From Chitinophagales bacterium (GTDB lineage Bacteria; Bacteroidota; Bacteroidia; Chitinophagales; Saprospiraceae): a stretch of DNA of 64,000 bases. The notes under the pieces were generated by a model. That model was not told where the DNA came from, did no database searches, and saw only the letters and a list, made by a program, of their open reading frames with translations. Location of the stretch: the NCBI GenBank assembly GCA_038226035.1, contig JBBRQS010000003.1, positions 61,351 through 125,350 on the forward strand, written 5' to 3'. The position numbers and the translations under genes were made by a program. Shown piece after piece: positions 11,785 through 20,528 of the stretch. Every line of letters begins with the position of its first letter. Position 1 is the stretch's first letter.

Positions 11785-12153
11785 TTGAAGAAAAAATCAC
11801 TGATATATCCGCCTCGCTTTGCAGTCATCTTTTTGCTGCTTCTTTTTTCGTCTGCTTTCGCGCTGCACGAATGGCATACACTGCATTTTCATGATTCGGA
11901 AAAACTTTCCGATGGTTGTGATACTTCATCAAATACTAAAACGACGCATTGGCACGACGAAAATACCCACCATCATTGCGACGGGTTGTGCGGTACTTTA
12001 TCTTCGAATTTTGAAACGCCGGGCTTGTATTTTTTGCGTTCTTATGAAAAAATAATTCCTCAAAAAAGTTTCTTCTCTTTTCCATTCTGTTTCTCTTCTC
12101 CAGCGTTCTCTTTTTCAAGAGGACGTGCACCGCCGTATGTTTTCATTGCATAG
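11785..12153 (+). CDS. small exported His/Cys-rich protein (uncertain)
   Basis: TTG start and a signal-like N-terminus. HEWHTLHFHD...HWHDENTHHHCDGLCG...RGRAPP. Sits directly upstream of a TonB-dependent receptor. Competing overlapping ORFs lower confidence. Confidence 0.35.
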   Translation: MKKKSLIYPPRFAVIFLLLLFSSAFALHEWHTLHFHDSEKLSDGCDTSSNTKTTHWHDENTHHHCDGLCGTLSSNFETPGLYFLRSYEKIIPQKSFFSFPFCFSSPAFSFSRGRAPPYVFIA

Positions 12154-12248
12154 TTTGAAAAATTAAAATTATAAAGTATAAATCTGAGACGTTGGAGCAC
12201 AAAGTCTCTGCAACGGCTTATTATTTTCATTCAAAAAAAAATCTGTAA

Positions 12249-14762
12249 ATGACAATCATTAAACAACATAAAAATAAAATTTTTACTGTTTTCTTCACTC
12301 TGATTTTTTTTAACGCTCCAAGTTTTGCGGGTGTAGAAAACAGTTCATCTTTCGTCTTTCGTTTTTCATCGTTCTCGAACAAATCCACGTTGTCCGGAAA
12401 AATTTTTGATTCCGAAAATAAAACGTCTTTAATCGGTGCTTCGGTTTATATCCACGATTTAAAACTCGGCGCGGTGAGTGATGTGGACGGTAATTATCAG
12501 TTCATAGAATTACCGGCGGGTACTTTTTTGGTAGAAGTGAGTTTTATCGGTTATAAAACCGTATCCAAAGAAGTAACGATTAAAGACGATACAAAAATGG
12601 ATTTCGATTTGACGGAAACCCCGATTGAACAATCGGAAGTCGTCGTCACCGGTTTGTCGAAAGCGACACAAGTTCGCAGAAGTCCGATACCGATTGTGAC
12701 AATTAAGAAAGAATATATTGATAGTCACGTCGGCACAAATGCTATCGATGCTATCAGTGCGATTCCGGGTGTGTCAGCTGTAACGACCGGTCCGAATGTG
12801 TCGAAACCGTTTATCAGAGGTTTGGGTTACAATCGAATTTTGACTTTGTACGACGGTGTTCGACAAGAAGGACAGCAATGGGGAGATGAGCATGGTGTAG
12901 AAGTGGATCAGTACAGCGTAGATCATTACGAAGTCGTGAAAGGTCCGGCAAGTTTGAGTTACGGATCCGATGCATTGGCAGGTGTGGTGAATTTAATTCC
13001 GACACAACCGCCTACCGACGGTAAAATTATTGGCAATTTACTCGCCGATTATCAATCGAACAACGGTGCGTTCGGCGGTTCGGCGATGTTGAGCGGCAAC
13101 AACAACGGTTTGGAATGGTCGGGACGTTTGTCGCACAAACAAGCGACGAACTACGAAAACAAATTCGACGGTCGCGTGTTCGGCACGGCATTTAATGAAA
13201 CCGATGCTAATGCGTCTGTCGGCATACATAGAAAATGGGGTTACTCGCACTTGAATTTTGTTTTGTACGACAATTTTCAACTGATTCCGGACGGCAGTCG
13301 CGATTCGGCGACCAGAAAATTCACGAAACAAATAACGGAAGCCGATGATTTTCGTCCGATTGTGTCCGACCAAGAATTAACTTCTTACTCCATTACCGAT
13401 AAACCGCATCAGCATATTCAGCATTACCGCGTTTTTTGGAACAATAATTTTGTCATCGGCGATGGTTTATTGACGGCAAATATCGGTTTTCAACGCAGTG
13501 TACGCCAAGAATTTTCGCATCCTGAACGACTCGATATTTCAGGCTTATCTTTGCAACTCAATACATACAATTACGATTTGAAATATGCCTTGCCGGAAAT
13601 TAAAGGTTGGAATGTTTTGCTTGGCGTGAACGGTATGTATCAAAATAATACTGTAACGGGAGGAACAGAATTCGTAATTCCGTCTTATAACCAATTCGAT
13701 TTCGGTCCGTTTGCATTAGTCAAACGCAGTTTCGGCGCGTTGGATATTTCCGGAGGTATTCGATACGACACGCGCTTTTTTAAAAATGATGCACTTTATA
13801 CGGTGCCGAATAAATCAACGGGTTTTGATACACCGGTTTCAAACGATGCCGGCGGAGAGCAACGGTTTTCGGAAAACAGTCATAATTATTCCGGTGCTTC
13901 GGGTAGTTTGGGTTTTACTTATAATTTTTCAAATGCTTTTTCCGTAAAAGCCAACATCGCGCGCGGCTATCGCGCACCGAATGTTTCCGAAATTACTTCC
14001 AACGGTGTGCATCCCGGCACGAATGTCTATCAAATCGGCAGAGCGAATTTTATTCCGGAGTTAAGTACGCAAGAAGATATCGGTATGGTGTATGCTTCAA
14101 AATACGTTACGGCGAGTTTGAGCGTTTTCAATAATAATATCGACAACTATATTTTTAATGAAAAATTGATAAACGTGCACGGTGAGGATTCGGTTATCGT
14201 TGCCGGAAATCAAACTTTTCAATTTCAACAAGGTGCGGCGCGACTTTACGGCGGTGAGTTGAGTTTCGATATTCATCCGATAGCCTCCATTCATTTTGAA
14301 AACGCGCTATCACTCGTAAACGGAGATAATGAAAAACCGATTGTAAGTATTTCGCCTGACAGTTCCAAATATCTGCCGTTTATTCCGCCGCTTCACGGCA
14401 CGTCGGAATTGCGTTTCAGTACCGATTTTAAATCCGCGCACATCTCCAATTTTTTTGTTTACGGACAACTGTCTTATTATGCCACACAAAATCGCGCTTT
14501 TTTAGCTTACGGCACGGAAACGCCGACGCTCGGTTACACGCTCGCCAATATGGGTATCGGTGCTACGTTTACGAATAAAAAAGGTAAAAGTATTTTAAGC
14601 GCAACACTGCTCGGAAATAATATTTTTGATGTAGCGTATCAAAGTGGTTTAAGCCGATTGAAATACTTTGAACCTTACCCGAATAATTTTACGGGCAGAA
14701 ACGGTATTTATAACACGGGCAGAAATATCAGTCTTAAATTGATTGTACCGTTTGAGCGGTGA
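12249..14762 (+). CDS. TonB-dependent receptor with N-terminal carboxypeptidase-regulatory-like domain
   Basis: LSGKIFDSENKTSLIGASVYI...DGNYQF..LPAGTFLVEVSFIGYKT (CarboxypepD_reg). Plug motifs (ISAIPGV, PFIRGLG, LYDGVRQEGQQWGDEHG). Long barrel. Confidence 0.85.
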   Translation: MTIIKQHKNKIFTVFFTLIFFNAPSFAGVENSSSFVFRFSSFSNKSTLSGKIFDSENKTSLIGASVYIHDLKLGAVSDVDGNYQFIELPAGTFLVEVSFIGYKTVSKEVTIKDDTKMDFDLTETPIEQSEVVVTGLSKATQVRRSPIPIVTIKKEYIDSHVGTNAIDAISAIPGVSAVTTGPNVSKPFIRGLGYNRILTLYDGVRQEGQQWGDEHGVEVDQYSVDHYEVVKGPASLSYGSDALAGVVNLIPTQPPTDGKIIGNLLADYQSNNGAFGGSAMLSGNNNGLEWSGRLSHKQATNYENKFDGRVFGTAFNETDANASVGIHRKWGYSHLNFVLYDNFQLIPDGSRDSATRKFTKQITEADDFRPIVSDQELTSYSITDKPHQHIQHYRVFWNNNFVIGDGLLTANIGFQRSVRQEFSHPERLDISGLSLQLNTYNYDLKYALPEIKGWNVLLGVNGMYQNNTVTGGTEFVIPSYNQFDFGPFALVKRSFGALDISGGIRYDTRFFKNDALYTVPNKSTGFDTPVSNDAGGEQRFSENSHNYSGASGSLGFTYNFSNAFSVKANIARGYRAPNVSEITSNGVHPGTNVYQIGRANFIPELSTQEDIGMVYASKYVTASLSVFNNNIDNYIFNEKLINVHGEDSVIVAGNQTFQFQQGAARLYGGELSFDIHPIASIHFENALSLVNGDNEKPIVSISPDSSKYLPFIPPLHGTSELRFSTDFKSAHISNFFVYGQLSYYATQNRAFLAYGTETPTLGYTLANMGIGATFTNKKGKSILSATLLGNNIFDVAYQSGLSRLKYFEPYPNNFTGRNGIYNTGRNISLKLIVPFER

Positions 14763-14839
14763 TTTTTTGTAAATCACCGTGTTACACAAGCGGCAAAGCC
14801 GTGAACTCTTTGTAGAAAATTAAAAATATATTATTTTCA

Positions 14840-14908
14840 GGTGCAGCGCACCAAGCTATTAAATGCTGTCAGAACAATCTTAATAGGTCTGTGCGCTGCA
14901 CTTCTACA
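14840..14908. repeat. hairpin repeat, GCAGCGCAC family (second copy at 5129-5194)
   Basis: Perfect 11-bp arms: gtgcagcgcac at 14841-14851 pairs with gtgcgctgcac at 14891-14901. The ends resemble ggcgcagcgcacc...gttgcgcttctatg at 5129-5194. Confidence 0.6.
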
Positions 14909-14921
14909 TAATATCACTAAA

Positions 14922-15165
14922 AACGTGAGTTCGGAGATTATAAAAGAACCGTAACCTCGACGAATTTTGTAGCAACGGAATTTATTCCGTTGAAAGTGTT
15001 TAAAAAATTGATTCGAGTTCCGTAGGAATGATACATTTCTTAGGTATTATTTGTACTGTTCCTAAGGAACTCGATACAGGTTTCCTTTATTTTACCTTGA
15101 AATAAATTTCGAGGCTACAAAATAACCGAGCCTCTCGTCTCATTTTAAATCTCTGAATTCGCGTT
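14922..15165. mobile_element. MITE-like element with 18-nt terminal inverted repeats (family copy 1)
   Basis: Left end aacgtgagttcggagatt. Right end aatctctgaattcgcgtt matches the reverse complement at 15/18. The interior is a nest of hairpins and has no ORF. Confidence 0.55.
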
Positions 15166-15283
15166 AAAAAAGTTTTCTTCTTCTCAGAATTTTTTTATGC
15201 CGAATTTGTAGGTTCGTCAATTTTATTCAGCGATATTTGTTTAATCTTACACAAGTGTTATTTTTTTATCAAAACTAAATAGA

Positions 15284-17071
15284 ATGAAATATAGAAAACA
15301 ATTTTACTGTCTCGTCTTTCTGCTAATCAGCTTTTTTTCAGCAAACGCACAAAATCTCAATGTCGAACAAAAACTGCAAGGCATTGAGCAAACTATTAAC
15401 CAAATTCTCAAAGATTGGAATGTGCCCGGTTGCGGCATTGGTATTGTCGTAAAAGATAAATTGGTTTTTGCAAAGGGTTACGGTTATCGAAATTTAGAAA
15501 AAAAATTGCCGGTAACACCGAATACTTTGTTCCAAATTGCGTCCAATACAAAACTTTTCACGGCAACAGCAATAGGTTTTTTAGTCAATGACGGCAAATT
15601 GGAATGGGATCAACCGATAAGAAATTTTGTCCCGAAAATCCGGTTTAATACCGATGACTTGAATAAAAACGTGACGATACGCGATATGCTTTCGCATCGC
15701 ACCGGCATTTCGCGGCATGATGGTATTTGGGATAATTCGTCCTTTACAAGACAAGAATTATTTGACAGATTAAAATATTTGGAACCCAGTTTGCCGTTAC
15801 GCCAAGGTTTTTTGTACAATAATTTGATGTACGCAGCTGCCGGACAAATCGTAGAAGATTTATCCGGACAAACTTGGGAAAAATTTGTGGCAAATAAAAT
15901 TTTTGCTCCGCTCAGTATGACTCATTCTATGTTTGTGCCTACAGATATGGCCAAGCAATCTGATTTCATGTCGCCCTATTATGAAAAACGCGACACCGAT
16001 ATTTTACTGCCTTACCCTTTATATACCGAGATGGCCGGGGTTGGACCTTGCGGTTCAATTATTTCGAGCATTAACGATCTTTCAGGTTGGATGATTGCAC
16101 AAATGAACGCAGGGAAATATAATGGACAACAAGTTATTCCGGTAAATATTATCACCGAAACTTTGAAACCTGCGAGCATTCCGTGGTCCGTTCCCGATAA
16201 ATATTTTGAAAATCTCAATGGTTTGTACGGCATGGGACGCGGTATATCAAGTTATAAAGGACATTACAGAACCCAACATAATGGTGCAATCGGCGGCATT
16301 TATTCGCAAATTGCTTATTTACCTACTGACAGTATCGGGATAGTGGTGTATGTAAATGGCGAGCACGGCTCAGCGTTGGTAAATATCATTCCGAATTTAC
16401 TTTTCGATAAACTTTTGGATTTACCACCCACAGACTGGAATAATAGAGGATTGGATGTTTATTTAAAAAATAAAGAAGCCGCTAAAAAATCGCGTCTGAC
16501 TACCAATATTGACCGCATTGCGAACACAAAACCTTCCCATTCTTTATCGGATTATGTCGGCGTTTATGAAGATGCCGCTTACGGTAAATTAGATATTTCA
16601 ATGAAAAATGAGCAACTTCATTATTTTTTCAATAAAGTCTCTTTACCGTTAAATCATTATCATTACGACAGATTTGATTCACCGGATGATGAAATTTACG
16701 GTACTATTTCTATTTTGTTTGATACCGATGCACAAGGCAGTATTCACCAAGCGAAAATCAGTATGGACGAAAAAGAAGTAGTATTTATTAAAAAGCCGGA
16801 TGCCAAGTTAACGGATATGAATTTCTTGAAACGCTTGGAAGGTAAATACGCTTTGAATGAGGACAATGTAAAAGTTCAAATTTTAAATCAAGAACTCGTT
16901 TTACAAAATTCGCCATTACCGCCAATGCACTTAATCGGTTACAAAAACAGTTCATTCAGAATAAAAGAATTTTCCGACTATATTATCGAGTTTATAATGG
17001 ATGCAACCGATAATCCGACCGGATTTAAATGGATTGCAGGGGGTAAAGCAAATATTTACGTAAAACGTTGA
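15284..17071 (+). CDS. serine hydrolase, beta-lactamase/PBP4* family
   Basis: Signal peptide. SxxK motif in FQIASNTKLF. YNN-type second motif (LYNNLMY). Long C-terminal extension, as in DUF3471-containing family members. Confidence 0.8.
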   Translation: MKYRKQFYCLVFLLISFFSANAQNLNVEQKLQGIEQTINQILKDWNVPGCGIGIVVKDKLVFAKGYGYRNLEKKLPVTPNTLFQIASNTKLFTATAIGFLVNDGKLEWDQPIRNFVPKIRFNTDDLNKNVTIRDMLSHRTGISRHDGIWDNSSFTRQELFDRLKYLEPSLPLRQGFLYNNLMYAAAGQIVEDLSGQTWEKFVANKIFAPLSMTHSMFVPTDMAKQSDFMSPYYEKRDTDILLPYPLYTEMAGVGPCGSIISSINDLSGWMIAQMNAGKYNGQQVIPVNIITETLKPASIPWSVPDKYFENLNGLYGMGRGISSYKGHYRTQHNGAIGGIYSQIAYLPTDSIGIVVYVNGEHGSALVNIIPNLLFDKLLDLPPTDWNNRGLDVYLKNKEAAKKSRLTTNIDRIANTKPSHSLSDYVGVYEDAAYGKLDISMKNEQLHYFFNKVSLPLNHYHYDRFDSPDDEIYGTISILFDTDAQGSIHQAKISMDEKEVVFIKKPDAKLTDMNFLKRLEGKYALNEDNVKVQILNQELVLQNSPLPPMHLIGYKNSSFRIKEFSDYIIEFIMDATDNPTGFKWIAGGKANIYVKR

Positions 17072-17414
17072 ATTAGGGATTGTGTAATAATTATGCCGTT
17101 ATGCTTTTGATATTGGCAACTGTGGATTTTCAATACGCCGGAAAACGGAAAAAAATTCGAGTTTCGTCACGAACGGTATATTATTTTGCAAATGCGCCAA
17201 ATATATTGTCCGAAGGGTGTATCACTACAAAGTGTCCGGTACGCTGTACCTTTCTGCTTGCCAACGGTATTTATTTTTAATTTTATAGACCTGATTTCAG
17301 TTACTCTCTAAACAAAAACTATTGTTGAACGTCTAAATAAAAATCTGTGAAAGAAAATCACCGATAATAGTTCAAGATTAGCTATTTTTGCATGGATTAA
17401 AAACTAAAATTAAT

Positions 17415-18263
17415 ATGGCATTAGACCAAGTAGATGTAGATGTAGCGGAAAAAAAACCGGGCGACGAAATGTCTTTCTGGGAACATTTAGAAGAATTGCG
17501 CGCGCGGTTGATAAAAGCGATATTAGCAATTACAGTCGGCGTTGTAGCGGTTTTCGCTTCCGGCGATTGGGTTTTCGAGAAAATTATTTATGCGCCCCGC
17601 AATCCGGGTTTCGTTACGTACCAAATGATGAATTGGCTGTCGGTAAAACTGAATATGCCGAGTTTAGCCATGAAACCGATTCCCGTAAAAATGATAGCGA
17701 TAGAAATGGGCGAACCTTTTTTTAAACAAACACAAGTTGCCATTATTTTAGGTTTAGTGATTGCCAGCCCGTATGTTTTTTGGCAGTTGTGGCAATTCAT
17801 TAAACCCGGATTAAAGGATAAAGAAGCCAAAGCAGCGAGCGGTTTTGTCGGTATTTGTTCCGGATTATTTTTATTCGGGGTTTTGTTCGGTTATTTTATC
17901 ATCGCGCCTTTCGCCATTTCTTTTTTATCGAGCTATACCATCGGCGGTGTAGGTGGCGAAAACGTAACGCTCAACTCTTACATCGGCTACATGACGATGT
18001 TTACTTTACCGATTGGTTTGGTATTTGAACTGCCGATAATTATTTATTTGTTGGCGCGTTTGGGCGTAGTATCTGCAGATTTTCTGAAAAAATATCGCCG
18101 CCAAATGATTGTGATTCTGCTTATCGTAGCCGGTGTTATTACGCCTGGTCCTGATGTGGTATCTCAATTATTGGTTTTTGTACCTTTGTATTCTTTGTAT
18201 GAAATCGGTATTTTGGTAGCAAAACGCGTTCATAAACAAAAACAATTAGAAACAGCAAGTTGA
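17415..18263 (+). CDS. tatC: twin-arginine translocase subunit TatC
   Basis: MSFWEHLEELRARLIKAILA start region, six hydrophobic segments, about 280 aa. ATG at 17415 preferred over TTG at 17388. Confidence 0.85.
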   Translation: MALDQVDVDVAEKKPGDEMSFWEHLEELRARLIKAILAITVGVVAVFASGDWVFEKIIYAPRNPGFVTYQMMNWLSVKLNMPSLAMKPIPVKMIAIEMGEPFFKQTQVAIILGLVIASPYVFWQLWQFIKPGLKDKEAKAASGFVGICSGLFLFGVLFGYFIIAPFAISFLSSYTIGGVGGENVTLNSYIGYMTMFTLPIGLVFELPIIIYLLARLGVVSADFLKKYRRQMIVILLIVAGVITPGPDVVSQLLVFVPLYSLYEIGILVAKRVHKQKQLETAS

Positions 18264-18347
18264 TTTACGATTTTGGATTTACGATTTACGATTCCGACAC
18301 ATTTAAGGCTTCATAAATCCAAAATCATAAATCGTAAATCGTAAATC
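18262..18347. repeat. inverted heptamer arrays (GATTTAC / GTAAATC family)
   Basis: gatttacgattttggatttacgatttacgatt ... aaatccaaaatcataaatcgtaaatcgtaaatcc. The left arm begins inside the tatC stop codon. Confidence 0.85.
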
Positions 18348-18352
18348 CACAC

Positions 18353-18649
18353 ATGGAGCAACAAGAAAAAATTTTACAATCTTTATTCCGGAAGCTGGGT
18401 GAAAAAAAAGAACCGGAAGAAATAGTCGCCGACCCGCGATTAAAGAATGAAGTTTTTACGACCATAGATGCGACTTCTTTAATCGCCGATGTGTTGGACC
18501 TGTTTACTGCCAAATTTCTAGATGCGCAGGCGGAAATTATCAATGTCCTTCCGGGTAGTAACTACGGCAACGATAAACAAAACCTTTTACGCTATTTTGA
18601 AAAAAAATATCAATCAGCTAAAACGACGGACTTTAACGATGAACGATGA
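18353..18649 (+). CDS. hypothetical small protein
   Basis: 98-aa ORF with an ATG start, bracketed by hairpin arrays. Its stop codon lies inside the AACGATG array. No recognisable domain. Confidence 0.45.
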   Translation: MEQQEKILQSLFRKLGEKKEPEEIVADPRLKNEVFTTIDATSLIADVLDLFTAKFLDAQAEIINVLPGSNYGNDKQNLLRYFEKKYQSAKTTDFNDER

Positions 18650-18743
18650 ACAATGAATGTTTTTTAAAAAGTTCATCGTTCATCGTTCATCGTTAAAAAG
18701 GATCATCGTAAAAAAAAAGTTCATCGTTCATCGTTTATCGTTA
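18634..18743. repeat. inverted heptamer arrays (AACGATG / CATCGTT family), three arms
   Basis: taacgatgaacgatgaacaatgaat ... gttcatcgttcatcgttcatcgtta ... gttcatcgttcatcgtttatcgtta. Confidence 0.85.
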
Positions 18744-18750
18744 AAAAAAA

Positions 18751-19581
18751 ATGGGTGAATTAAACAGACTGTGGTATTTATTTACGGAATCTTTACGCGT
18801 TTTCGCGGAAAAATTCAGAGATACCATACCCAATTTATTGGGCGGTATTATTGTGCTGCTGATTGTTTTGTTGTTGGCGCGTTTAATTTCCGGCGGCATT
18901 GAGCGGTTGTTGCGCACGATCTCTTTCGACAAATTCGCGGAGCGCGTACATATCACACGGTTTTTGCAACAAGCCAACATCACTGTATCACCGAGTTTTA
19001 TTATCGGGCGATTTATTTATTGGGTATTTATTTTGCTCATCATTTCCTCTGCTGCCGAAACGTTGAATTGGATTCCCGTCTCGTATCAAATTCAACGTTT
19101 TTTAGAATACCTCCCGCATTTTGTCACCGCCGTGATTATACTCATCGTCGGTTGGTACTTCGCTACCGTGATTCGAGATTTTTTGCGCCGTTCAATGGGT
19201 TCACTCGGCATCAGTGCCGGGCGGGTGCTGAGTACTGCCATTTATTATTTGTTGTTCATCATGATTGCGCTTACAGCACTCGAACAAGCGCGCGTGGATA
19301 CGCGCATTTTATCTACGAATTTGCTTATTATTATAAGTTCGGTGATGTTAGCGGCAGCCATTTCTTACGGTTTTGCTTCGCGCGATGTGCTGTCTAATAT
19401 TTTAGCCGGATTTTTTAACAAACGCACTTTTCAAAAAGGCATGACAATTGAAGTAGATGGTGTACGCGGCGTAATCATGGATGTGACAAACATTTCCATC
19501 ACACTTCAGGTCAATGAAAATGAACGCGTCGTTATTCCGTCGCAAATTCTTTTGAATAATAAAGTAAAAATAATTAGTTGA
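18751..19581 (+). CDS. mechanosensitive ion channel (MscS-like) family protein
   Basis: Several TM helices followed by GMTIEVDGVRGVIMDVTNISITLQ...RVVIPSQ beta-domain, as in MscS-type channels. Confidence 0.7.
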   Translation: MGELNRLWYLFTESLRVFAEKFRDTIPNLLGGIIVLLIVLLLARLISGGIERLLRTISFDKFAERVHITRFLQQANITVSPSFIIGRFIYWVFILLIISSAAETLNWIPVSYQIQRFLEYLPHFVTAVIILIVGWYFATVIRDFLRRSMGSLGISAGRVLSTAIYYLLFIMIALTALEQARVDTRILSTNLLIIISSVMLAAAISYGFASRDVLSNILAGFFNKRTFQKGMTIEVDGVRGVIMDVTNISITLQVNENERVVIPSQILLNNKVKIIS

Positions 19582-19651
19582 TTTACGATTTACGATTTAC
19601 GATTTTTCTAAAAAATTGAATCGTAAATCCAAAATCGTAAATCGTAAATCC
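19580..19651. repeat. inverted heptamer arrays (GATTTAC / GTAAATC family)
   Basis: gatttacgatttacgatttacgattt ... aatcgtaaatccaaaatcgtaaatcgtaaatcc. The left arm begins inside the stop codon of the MscS-like gene. Confidence 0.85.
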
Positions 19652-19658
19652 GGAAACT

Positions 19659-20525
19659 ATGCGCGGAATTATTTTAGCCGGCGGCCTCGGCACCCGATTA
19701 TATCCTTTAACGTTGGCGGTGAGTAAACAAATGATGCCGGTGTATGACAAACCGATGATCTATTATCCGTTGAGTACACTCATGCAAGCGGATATCCGCG
19801 AAATACTCATTATTTCTACGCCATACGATTTACCGCATTTCAAAAAACTGTTCGGTTCGGGTGAAGAAATAGGTGTTAATTTTCATTATAAGGTGCAAGA
19901 AGTGCCTAACGGACTGGCACAAGCGTTTGTTTTGGGCGAAAAATTTATCGGACACGACGACGCAGCACTCATACTCGGCGATAATATTTTTTATGGTGCC
20001 GGTTTGAGCGAACTGATGCAAGCTTCCAATAAACCGAAAGGCGGTGTGGTGTTTGCGTATCAAGTAGCCGATCCGGAACGCTACGGTGTTGTCGAGTTTG
20101 ATAAAAATTTAAAAGCTGTTTCGATAGAAGAAAAACCCGAAAAACCTAAATCGAATTTTGCCGTGCCGGGTTTATATTTTTACGACAATTCAGTGATAGA
20201 CGTTGCCAAAAACTTGCAACCATCGCCGCGCGGAGAATACGAAATTACGGACGTGAATAAATATTATCTCGAAAAAGGTTTATTGCAAGTCGGCGTACTC
20301 GGGCGGGGTATGGCTTGGTTGGATACCGGCACACACGAATCTTTGTTGCAAGCCGGACAATTTATACACACCATCGAAGCGCGTCAAGGTTTAAAAATCG
20401 GTTGTATTGAAGAAATCGCGTGGCAAATGGGTTTTATTACCGACGCTCAATTTGAAAAACTCGGACATAAATACATTAAAAGCGGTTACGGAGAATATCT
20501 TTTGCGATTATTAAAAAATAATTAA
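19659..20525 (+). CDS. rfbA: glucose-1-phosphate thymidylyltransferase
   Basis: [39 protein letters not shown] and the rest of the protein match RmlA/RfbA over the full length. Confidence 0.9.
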   Translation: MRGIILAGGLGTRLYPLTLAVSKQMMPVYDKPMIYYPLSTLMQADIREILIISTPYDLPHFKKLFGSGEEIGVNFHYKVQEVPNGLAQAFVLGEKFIGHDDAALILGDNIFYGAGLSELMQASNKPKGGVVFAYQVADPERYGVVEFDKNLKAVSIEEKPEKPKSNFAVPGLYFYDNSVIDVAKNLQPSPRGEYEITDVNKYYLEKGLLQVGVLGRGMAWLDTGTHESLLQAGQFIHTIEARQGLKIGCIEEIAWQMGFITDAQFEKLGHKYIKSGYGEYLLRLLKNN

Positions 20526-20528
20526 TTC

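Noticed and set aside
11819-12130. Overlapping ORFs 11819-12055 (+) and 11936-12130 (-)
   Set aside because: They compete with the His/Cys-rich ORF. Neither has a signal peptide or a recognisable motif. The 11785 frame is preferred, though itself at low confidence.
17080-17280. 66-aa ORF after the beta-lactamase-family gene
   Set aside because: Short, Cys-rich, no start context or motif. It is more likely non-coding spacer upstream of tatC.
19020-19397. 125-aa alternative-frame ORF inside the MscS-like gene
   Set aside because: It is on the same strand but out of frame with a well-supported membrane-protein ORF. It is Arg/Cys/His-rich nonsense.
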